A stretch of DNA of 64,000 bases from Antedon mediterranea (taxonomy: Eukaryota > Animalia > Echinodermata), in contig NC_092678.1 in NCBI RefSeq assembly GCF_964355755.1, forward strand, positions 12,646,352 to 12,710,351, given 5' to 3'. The position numbers were made by a program, and so were the translations under genes. The notes under the pieces are model-generated. The model was not told the DNA's origin. It searched no databases and worked only from the letters and a program-made list of their open reading frames with translations. Positions 51,601 to 63,600 of the stretch are shown here, in pieces (the first letter of the stretch is position 1; the number at the start of each line of letters is the position of its first letter).

Positions 51601-54600
51601 GATTTGAGGCCCAGTGTAGGTGTTCCTTTTGTAAGGGTTGGCCGCAGTGTTAAAACAGTGCCCCTCGTTAAGGCAGTAAAATGTCCCCTGAGGAGTAGAA
51701 AACTGATAGTATATGATTTAATAATTATCTTTAATAACATCTTTATATCGTTGACATTACATAAGATAACTAGAGGGTACTCTGAAAGTACAAACCTCCG
51801 CCTACTGTAACCTTCCCGGCCCCTATGATATTTTATTTTTATTATTATTTTTTTATTTCTTTTTTTGTGGACCTTCTTCTTTGACCCTGACCCTTCAAAA
51901 AACCCTTCAATTATATGATGAGTCTTTGATCATTGTGGCTAAGTTTGGTGAGAAGCGATTGAAAAACTGTGGTTTCTAGGCAGTAAAATAGTTTTTTGTT
52001 AGTTGTGACCTTGACCTATGATCTTTTCCCCTCAAAATCAAACTCCTCTGAGATTTTGGGGCATAAATCATTGGGGCCAAATTTGGTGAGAATCGGATAA
52101 AAACTGTGGCTTCCAGGCTGTTCACAGACACACACACACAAACATACAGGGGTGAAAATATAACCTCATTGGCGGAGGAATGATTGGCACTTTGTTATTT
52201 GTCGTGCAAAATAAGTAAATGATATTTTACTTTTTAACAATGTTATTTTGTTTTATTCTCAATACTGCAGTTGTTCTGAATGTGCTTCAAGTTTTACTTG
52301 TGATTGGTGTGTCTACGACAATAAATGTACCCATAATACATCAACATTGTGCACAGCAGACGACAAAATTATTTTGAATGGAAACGTAAGTAATTATGAC
52401 TTTTTTTCCCTTTTTGTTCTGTATAATCAAATGGAAGCTGAACTTCTATTGCTCAAATAAGCACTTTTTGAGACAACATGGTTAGGCTAATTGTTTTTGG
52501 AAGGGGTTGGGCAAGGTGCGAATGGGTTGCTCAGTATGACGCTAATGGAAATTATATTAGTAGGATGTGGCTGATGCATGCCTTGTGTCCTTAGGCAAGA
52601 TACTTTAATCTATGCAGATGGAATATTGGGTGCGAGGTATAGAACTTAATGGAGTATTCTTTATATTGTAGTGATGTTTGTCGGTATTTTACAGTAGTTA
52701 CCACGGTTCGTATTAACACTAATAGTTTCCATTAGATCCTCTACAGTTATTGGTGTGAAAAACAAACAGAAGATTATCAATGTAATTATTGCATCCAAAA
52801 TGTTGAATTATATTATTGTTATCACTTATAAGCTATTGTTTAAATATGTAGGCAGTATCACCACCAAATGGTTTTCAAGGTCAAGGGTCATGTCCACAAA
52901 TTTATCAACCAAATGAGGAACTTATTCATGCAAATATACGGAAAGAAGTCAGAATACAAGTTAAGAATTTACCAAATGCAACAAAGGGAAACATTTAAAG
53001 TTGATAATTTTATGAATTTTCATAATTTATTTCCTCCATGATAATTTACACTGAAATACACTGAACTTTATATTCATTCATTTATTGAGAATTAAAAACC
53101 TTTCACTCTCCACAAATACTTGATAAACTTACAGGTGCAAGCTTAAAATTTAAATTAAGATCCAACACTTTACCTCTAGATGGACGAACCTGTAAATGGT
53201 CTAAAGAAATATCTGGCCACTGCACTATATGTCAGAGTGGTGAAATAGAAAATGTACAGCATTTTTTATTTAATTGCCAAGCTTTTAATGCTATAAGGGA
53301 GATCCAATTAGTGAAGCTAAATAATGACCTTGAAAATTTGGATGAGTCTGCAACATGGGAACATTTTATAAATGCTGATGTCAATGAAAAAACTACTATA
53401 GTTTTAGGGGGAGATATTCACTTGGATCCTAGTAAAGCTGTCTTGACAGCATTTGACAAATACTGTAAGAATTTTCTTAAAGTTGCCTGGAAAAAAAGAT
53501 CCGAGTTAAAAAAGAGCTAATTTGCATTGTTGCTTTATAATTTTGTTTATTAATTTTCACTATATATTGTATTTAATGTTGCAGAGAAAGACTGGTGTAC
53601 ATCTCTGTAAATCTTTTAAAATTACTATTTGTGTTTACTGTATTCGTTGATTTTAAAGTTTATTTTCATACTTTAATTTGTTATTTATTTTTATTTATTT
53701 TTTTTTTTATTTTTTTTTAAATTTATTTTTTTTTATTTATTTATTTTTTTATATTTTTTTATTTTTTTTTTTTATTTATTTATTTTTTTTTTTCACTATT
53801 GTATAATTCATTTCCTTTTCTTTTTCTTGAAACTTATGAACGCACCGTCATAAAACGTGTGCCGCTGTTCTAAAAGCGTCTGTTCAATAAAGTTATTATT
53901 ATTACTTGCACTGCATGATTTCAACTGACCAATAATGATATTCCATTCAATATTTATATTCTATTCAAAATGTAAATGGCCAAGAAGATTTACCCATTGA
54001 CAGACTAAGTTATTTAAACTTTCTTCCTGTTTTATAGCAGGTAATTTGCACTTGAATTCTTTTTATAAAACTTATCAGCTGGTAAAAGTACACTACTAAA
54101 AACTTCAATGAATTTGTAAATTAGGTACTCTATTAATGAAGTTTTGATACTTTTATGAATATTGTTATGGGAGCAGAGACAGCATATTAGAGTAAGATGG
54201 CCAGACAACAACTAAATCTCAGAAAATCATATATTGGTGTTAACATATACATATAAGCTCAATGCCAGCTGTGAGCGAACAGAGAGCGAACAATAGCACA
54301 CTGTTCATTAAATACAGAGTTGTTACCACAGGAGGACCATGCAATATGCTAATTAGCCATGGGTCACAATATTATATAAATAACTTAATTATAAAATAAT
54401 TAAAGGAACTTGAAGCGTAGTAGTGAGATGTGTGTGAGATTTCCGTCTACTTTAAGGTTCCAGGAATCAATTCCCACAAGAGATACAGTAGGGTATTAAT
54501 ATAGAATTGTTTAATAGGTAGGAAAGTTTACTTCATAATGTAGAAAAACACCAACATACACCTACCTAGATTATACATGTTCATTTATTTGTCTGAGCTG

Positions 54601-57600
54601 TTTATTGTAGATAAACAGCTATGAATGTGAGTTGAAAATTGAAACACAAACTGTCAGGATTCCAGCAACAGTTGATGAATCAAACTCAAATATCACATGT
54701 TCACAATACACTGTAAGTATAGTAGCAACCAAGACATTTGAACAGCATCAAATCAAATAGCATTTAGTTACATTTTCAAATGCATAATGAAACAAAGATA
54801 TTACATTAAAGTTGACACATTGTAGTACAACCATGGACCTATATGTCCATGGTACTTCTTATCATGTACATACACGTCTTACAAACCTCTTGTTAAAGAG
54901 TGCTTGATAATTAATCTCAATAGCAAGAGATATACAAAAAGTTATTATAACTATATGTAATTAAATTTATGTTTTCTGATTTTGTTAGAAGTGGTTTATA
55001 AAGTTTTTTTTATTAATTTTCTATTCATAAATTTACTCTGTAATAATTATTTATTAAACTTAGGCCTAAATCTATTTTTAAAAACCACAAAACAAAAATT
55101 GATAGAGATATTATTTTAAAATGAATGGATGTATCTAGCTTGTTACTTAATAATTATTTCTACCAATACCATGTTAGTTAATTCATATACACTAGAATTG
55201 TCGATAACAACTCCACTTCCAAAAACTTGTTGTTTCATATGGAACGCCGTTTACGCAACATTTCGATGATATGAATTGTATGACGCGATATGTGAATGAA
55301 ATGCATCGATATGAATTGAATGGCGCGATATTTGAATGAAATGTTTTGAATTGAATGCTTTGAATTGAATATTTTGAATGAAATGTTTTGAATAAAATGT
55401 TTTGAATGCAATGTTTTGAATGAAATTTTTTGAATGAAATGTTTTGAATGAAATGTTTTGAATGAAATGTTTTGAATGTACCCTCATCTCCTTTCCACGC
55501 TGTCATCAATATGGATCCTTTACAGAGAATGCTAACAGACCTGAAACAGTGTAATACATATTTCCAAATCCAGGTCTGTAAGGATTCTCTGTAAAGGCAG
55601 CGTGGAAAAGAGATGAGGGTACCCAGGCTTAGGCATAAGAGGTTGAGAAAAAAATCGCGAACGGGAATGACATACGCCGCCAATAGTTTGACTTTTCAAT
55701 TCAATTCAAACATTTCATTCAAAACATTTCATTCAAAACATTTCGTTCAGAACATTTCGTTCAAAACATTTCATTCAAAACATTTCATTCAAAACAATAA
55801 ATTCAAAGCATTCAATTCATTCATATATCGCGCCATTCAATTCATATCGATGCATTTCATTCACATATCGCGTCATAAAATTCATATCATCGAAATGTTG
55901 CGTAAACGGCGTTCCATAGTTTCAGGAAGTTTTTGTGGTATAATTTTCCTGTAAATGTCATATTTCATTTTGGCATTATTGTGTACTTTTAATGGCTTTT
56001 TGGAAAACATTTCTTTCTATCTAGTATGACTACACAGCTAAGGACAAGCAGGAAGTAAACGCATATATTAAAGTATTTTGGAACGACAATGAAATTGACA
56101 ATGCTTATCAAGGTTGGTTTCACCTGATTGTTTACATTGATAAATATCATTAAATCAATTATTTACTTGGTAAACATAACATCATACATTTTGTTATCAT
56201 ATATCCACATACCCCTGTTCAATTTTCCATTAAAAAAAAATGTAACTCCTGAAACAAATACAGTATTCCTAGTACCTCTTTAACAACCCTATTTTTATAT
56301 TGACTGTTTCTGCTTATTTTGTGCTCCCAAAAAACCAGTAAATCAGTGTGCGGTGTATAGTGGACAAAAAAAACGGTAAGATTACCCAAAATGCTGAGAA
56401 CCGCTCAAGCTTTGGAATGCTACTGTAGTTCACCCAAGGTCAACTACAATCAATCAAATTATGCACAAACATTTATTTATTTTGTGAATGCCATTTAACA
56501 ACCACAAATCTGTCTCATTTATGCTACAAATTAGGGATAATTTATTCAAACAGTTATTAACCAAAAAAAAGAACATTATACAGTTATTAACAGCTTAAAA
56601 ACAGTCAACTGAAAATTCTTTAAGCTCGCCCAAACTGTCATATTCTTGAAAGTCTGGTTTTCCAAATAAATTTTACATACAGTTTTAGTTAAGTATAAAC
56701 AGAATTCAACGCTTTTGTTCAACTTGATTTCAGACAAACTGTCCACATGTAAATACAATAAAAACATTTGAACATTATGATAGGTTCCTGGTTCAGATAT
56801 TCAGAGATGTGGTTTCAGCTGACACTGACAGACAATTAAGTGTTTTTAACATAGTACAATTGTTCTTTAATGAACATATTAAATGGTTGTTTAAATTTTA
56901 AACAGGAAGTTTAACAACAATTTACTTTACTAAGTATTGACTCAACACCACATTGTTCAAACAACAGGATGTATATAATTACAGTCAATTTGTTTGTATA
57001 CTATAAACCCCTACTTCATTCCCTTTATTGTTCTGGTGTCATTCTGTGCAAATAATATTATACCCATAATGGATGGATAATGTGTATTTGTTTGAATAAT
57101 TATTAGTTACAGTTTTTAGTTTATCCTTAAATGTTATCATGACATATGTCTTGTCATAATACATATATAATATTAATGTTATCTATTCTCATCCAACCAG
57201 GCTTTGAGACGTGTTTTCAAAACCTGGTAAATAAAACCAATTTATTAAATATCATGTGTTAGCATACAGCCATTTTATACGAACGCTGTCAAAATATGAT
57301 AAAAATATGTATCATTCTTTTTTTATGTTGTTTTTGGCATTTTAATATTCAAAACAAAGTCACAAAGTCATAACTGATAGTGACACCTTCGTAATATGCT
57401 AATGATATGATATTTTGTCAGTTAATGCTTCATTTTTACATTTAATTTCTCTACTTTTATTTACCAGTCACATTGTACAAGTGTAGTGTTCAACGTCCAG
57501 ACTGCAGTCGATGCTATTCAATGAACACCACTAGGTCTGGACTTGATTGTGTCTGGTGTACTGGAGACCAATGTTCCTACAGTCCATTGTGTTCATCAAT

Positions 57601-60600
57601 AGTGAATGAATGTCCATCACCTGTTATTATTCAGGTAATTTGAATCATTTTATCTTCCTTTAAAATCCAGCACCCTAGCCTAACTTAAATTTGTTTGAAA
57701 TGTTGTTTGCTAGTCGCCCTCTATTACTCGTTCATCTATATATAAATTTACGTAAGGGCAAAATTCGGTAAATCGCGCCTTACTTTTAGATTTTTTACTC
57801 GATGGTATGTAAAGTTGGTTCGTACTTTCGGTACTGATTTTAACCACCTGATGTAACCCTGTTTACTAATTAAATTAAGTTAGATAATTAGTTATTGACG
57901 ATTAAAACGAATTTAGGTTCAACGATTTGCCCCAGATAGGGGTGTTTTCCGATCGTGGTATACACTGTCTAATGGATGTCCATCTTGAAAAATACCCGCC
58001 ACAAAAATGCGAGGAGGCTTCGCATTTTCCTATCTCCTCCTACGATAATTGTTTTTAATAGCTGAAAACCGGTTGAACAGCTCGAGTACAGTATCATAAT
58101 GTTGAAGACAGGCCGATTTTCCTAAAAAAATACTATTTTGATAGATTTAATATACGTTTATACAAATGTATTGATTTGCGATGAATGGAACATTCCAATC
58201 TCTGTGTCGTTCCACAAGTGTCTATTCCCTCAGGCGTCGTAAAGGAAAGTACTGTATACTCATAACAGAAATTCGATCCATTTTTTTTTCAATCTGTGCT
58301 GCAGAGGTTGGATATAATTTTTTTTAAACGGATAATGAGCTAGCGTTTTCAGTCACCGTAATTTAATATTTATTACCGATTAAATCGAATTTATGATTTG
58401 CCCCGAATAGAGGTGGTTTTCACAAATTGTTTAACATTATATATAAACATACGTCGTAGTGTATCGTTACATGTACTGTACTATTTCAATCGACTACGAC
58501 GGTGATAGTTAAGTTTCAACAAAGTATTACATCGCAATGTTTTACTGTGTTTAGTGGTATATTATTTGTAAAACATGTTAATTAATATTTCGTTACAAAA
58601 TAAAGAATATATTTAAAAATTGTTCCTCTTTGCACCCATCCTCTTCCCCATCTCTCAACCATAATGTTACATACAAAACACAAATTAAGTTTGTTTAAAT
58701 TTGACTTAAACAATTGGTCTCATTTTGTGACAACTTTCTCTTTCGGAAGTAATTCCCAGGGTGCTAATTTTAGTTGAGTACATAAATCACAGTGTCTATT
58801 TAATCGTTCATGTAAACGACATATATTATTGTCCTGCATTATTGTACATTTGAAATCGCCAGTTTTTTAACGCTGAAATTACTCGCGTACCATCTAGTAG
58901 TGTGTAATTTACATTACAGTATATATTTATCGCAGAAAGGGCAGAACATTTAGTCTGAAAATTAGAAGATTAGAAGAAAAGGGTACTGAAAGGGTATATG
59001 ATATTTGAGCAAATTGTTTTACTCCAAAATATCCAATGGTTTTTTTTTTGTGATTATACCAATCATGTTTGTTTTTTTTTAAATATCCATCATGCTTTTA
59101 TGTTTTACTAATATTATTTTCAGACTCTTCCCATCTCAGTTGCTACAGTAACTACTCAACCTGAACCTGATTTCACAGAGGTCATTGAACTGTTCGGAAC
59201 TGATTTTGGACAGATGATGTCAGATATTGACAACTTTATGATAGATAACAAAGAATGTGTAATAGTTGCTGATGGATTTAACATAGCTTTACAAAGGTAT
59301 TTTAAATAAAATTTAATTTAACATTAATTATGTAGCACTAAGTCTGTACTTGTTTCTGGTGAGATCCTTCAAGCTGTACATAAGCCAAGTTTCATACAGG
59401 ACCAACGGAATAACATCTCATCCGGAAGATAGTGCACTATATTCATGTAATCCAACCCATAAGTTAGAACACAGAGAGATGGCGATTGAACCGTGAACCA
59501 AACCTATTTCATGGTTCAGTGCACAACACAGGTAATACCCTCAGTTTAACCGAATATGCCTCTCTTTCTGTGTATTGTGATAATGTGTGTATGGACAACA
59601 AGTAAATATATTATGATTGCTACTGTATGTATTCAGCTTTCACTGATGTAATGCAAAACAGATCATAATATAAGTAGTTGATACCCATCCTACAGACGGG
59701 TATCTTTGACAACTCTGTGCTACCATGTTAAGATGCCTCAAATTTGTCTCATCTTATACAAACATTTTCTAAAAGCATTTTTATGGAAAACCACCACTAA
59801 CATGAGATGAAATACACAACACTTCTGTAACTTATCACACATTTATTTATTTATTTATTTTATGTCTTTAGGCAATGTGGCCAAGGATTACCAATAGTGA
59901 ATTAATCACTGTCCTATCACATAGGTGGTAATCCCCCTGATACAGGGGCTATTGTGTGAACCAGTTCACCGGGGTAACCCCCTACTCTTTTTCGAATAAT
60001 GAACTGGGTTTCTTTAAAGTACACACAGGTCATAACTGTGTACACTCGCCCTACGGTTTATAGTCCTTATCCGAGAAGACTTGTTCCACCACCAGAACTA
60101 GGAGCGAGTCGGCCTCGAACCCTTGCCGATGTTGTTGTTGGCTCTTTAGGTACGGTAAACGGCGCCCCTGCCTTAACCGTAACCGTAACATAATCCATAA
60201 ACTATTTGATTGGTTCGTTTATTAAGCATCATGTGCCATGCATTATTGCGATCCATCCTCAACATTGGGAGTAACATTGCATGTTATTTTTTTTATTATA
60301 ATTATTTTTGTGGTGTATATCAGTAAAAAAGAAAATTCTATTATTTACTATACACAGTGTGAAATGTAAAGCTCCTGTGTTTGATAGTGTCTCTCAACGT
60401 GAAGTCATCATAACTGTTCAAGGAAAGACAAGTGCACCTGTAGTCATACTCTATCAGGTATATTTTTTCACTCAAATTTCACAATTGTTTTAATCTTGCC
60501 TTAATGTAGAAAGAAGAGTCAACCTTAATAAATATTTTTATATAATTACTAAAGTTATTTTAAAATGTTTATTCTACAGTAATCATGTATATTTGTTGTA

Positions 60601-63600
60601 AACTTGTGGTATATCATGATATTAAATGAACACTAGAACCAGCCAAGAGTGAAGATACATTCACTTATTTCTTCTACTGTACGTTCACTCTTTTCTTCTA
60701 CTTTAACTCTTTTCTTCTACTTTCACTCTTTTCTTCTACTTTCACTTTTTTCTTCTACTTTCACTTTTTTCTTCTACTTTTACTCTTTTTTCTACTTTCA
60801 CGCCTGCTAGAACGAGATAAGAGTGAAATTAATGCAATTTCACTCTTTTCTTCTACTTTCACACCTGCTAGAACGAGATAAGAGTGAAATTAATGCAATT
60901 TCACTCTTTTCTTCTACTTTCACACCTGCTAGAACAAGATAAGAGTGAAATTAATGCAATTTCACTCTTTTCTTCTACTTTCACACCTGCTAAAACAAGA
61001 TAAGAGTGAAATTAATGCAATTTCACTCTTTTTTCTACTTTCATTCCTGCTAGAACAAGATAAGAGTTAAATTAATGCAATTTCACTCTTTTCTTCTACT
61101 TTCACACCTGCTAGAACAAGATAAGAGTAAAATTAATGCAATTTCACTCTTTTTTCTACTTTCACTCCTGCTATAACAAGATAAGAGTGAAATTAATGCA
61201 ATTTCACTCTTTTCGTCTACTTTCATTCCTGCTAGAACAAGATAAGAGTGAAATTAATGCAATTTCACTCTTTTCGTCTACTTTCACTCCTGCTAGAACA
61301 AGATAAAAGTGAAATTAATGCAATTTTACTCTTCTCTTCTACTTTCATTCCTACTAGTAAAAGAAAAGATATTAACAATTTTATGAAATATTTTCCGCTG
61401 ACCAATTTTCATACTATAAATATATATTATATATATGTTGTTATGTTTCTATATAAACATTTGTTTTTTTTTGAAATATTAAAAACAATTATTAATCATA
61501 CAGATTGTAATACCTGTGTTTTATTAGTATATATTTATTAAAATAAACATTTTTTGTTTCATTTTAGAATCCAATTATATCTGATTTGAGTCCAAGGTTT
61601 GGCATTCAAGCTGGTGGAACTACACTAACATTCAGTGGATCTAATCTGAACACTGGGAATGATGTAATGGTATATATTGATGGAAGTGAATGTTATGTTA
61701 CCAGGAGGTATGAAATAACATTTTGTACATTCATTATTTTCAAGTCCAATGATCTTAATGAAGCTGCAGGTTATGTTACTAAATAAATCATAATTGTATA
61801 TATATTGACATGTAAATGATTGCCTTTACCAAATTCTAACAACTGTTTTTTTTATTTTACAGTATCAATGAAAATCAGATAATGTGTACAACATCAAATT
61901 ATACAACATCTGGAGCTGAAGTTGCAGTAACAGTTACATTTGGAAATGCTGTTAGAGATGGTCCTACATTTACTTACACTACAAATCCCACTGTGACTGA
62001 CTTCCAACCTAATAAAGGCATTCAAGCGTAAGAAGAATCTTCTTAATATAATAATAATGTTCAATTTATATAGAGCAAAATACAGGGCGCCTCTAATTGC
62101 TGAAAAATCAACAGAAAATGTTATAAAAGAGCAAAGGCTTAATAATGAAAAGGCAAAATATAACGGTGAAATTTGAGGAGTTGTTTAAATGTGGCGAGCG
62201 GCTGTCCTGATTCAGTTTGAGAAGAACAACAGCTGAACAGGAACAGGTGCGTTGTCGATAATATTTTGTTGAAGGCTGTGTAGGTATAGGCCTGAGTAAA
62301 ACCTCTGATGATGACCTCAGTGTCCGTTTTGGCTTGTATGAAGAAATTGGAAGTAAAATCAATTGACTCCTTCACAATTAAAGCACCATATTCCAAGTAA
62401 TGATATTGTTTAAAATGCTTATTATTGCAGAGGTGGTCAAACCATCAGAGTGACCGGAACAAATTTCCAATATGTACAGAAAGCAATGATGTTGTTAAAT
62501 AGCAAATCAGCTGAAAATGTAAGCTTTAGATACAGGATTTACATTTCTAATTTAATAAATTTCAACAGAAAGAGAGGTTTTCATTCAATGTCAACAATGT
62601 TTACATCCATATCATTCATCCATATGAATATATCTATAATCCATATCCATCTCAACTCAAGGATGTAGATCCAACGCAAGCGAGTTGACCAATGAAAAGT
62701 AACAGTTGGAATAATTAATTGCTTCTGATTGGTCAAATCACTTATGTTACATGCGTCCCTGTGCATCTCTAGTAGGAACCAAGCATAGTCCCTTCTCTGA
62801 TGTAAATGTACTCAATACTCAGTACATTAAATCATCTGCAAAAGCATCTGATTATCAAGTATAGTTAGATGTCAAGTAGATAATTTTAAGATCGCTGATT
62901 TTCTCTTTTCTACACAAAATAGACCTATTGTGTATTTATTTTGGTTATAATTGTTACTAAACAAAGTAGATTTTTTTTTCAGATTTAAGCAAAGCATATG
63001 ACTTTAAGAACATTAATTATTTATTTTTAAAATTCCTTGTAAATTGTTCTTTAATGTACATACTAAATAAAGAAATTGTGTGGTGTTTTTTCAGAACTGT
63101 ATAACTCTGTCAAATGAGGAGATGGATTGTGAAAGTCCACCAGCAGATCTCTCCACATCAGGTCATCGTAGCAGACGACAGGCAGACCAGACAGTTTTAC
63201 CTTTGACCTTTTCATTTGATGGTTTCATTCCTGCATTGAGGGGTGATTTTGGATTCTCAGTTTACCCTAGTCCAATATATTATCCCTTTGATAATATGTC
63301 TTTTTATGGAGAGACTGTAGTAGATGGAATATACAGATTTGACAAACATATTGATGAATTTATGAAGTTGATGGTAAATATCTAGTTTTATTTCTTCAGC
63401 AGTGTATTGCGTAAAAGCATTGAATCAACTCGACTTAACACAATAGAAGGATGTAATTGAAACGCAAGTCATTTGACTATTATAATGCATCAGTCGTCTA
63501 ATGAATAGTCAAGTTACTTGTGTTGTGCTTACATCATGCGATGCGTGCTAGGGGCAACCAAGTTACGTGTGTTGTGCTTACATCATGCGATGCGTGCTAG

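Noticed and set aside
55192-55954. ORFs of 78-163 aa with FKTFHSK repeats
   Set aside because: They arise from 14-bp repeats in the MITE arms.
60803-61349. Regularly spaced palindromic repeats resembling a CRISPR array
   Set aside because: The sequence between palindromes is also repeated (no unique spacers), no cas genes are present, and the context is a eukaryotic intron.
384-62027. Inverted copy as a haplotype mis-assembly
   Set aside because: Unalignable introns 1-3, divergent Sema exons and many arm-specific insertions favour true paralogs; not fully excluded without read data.
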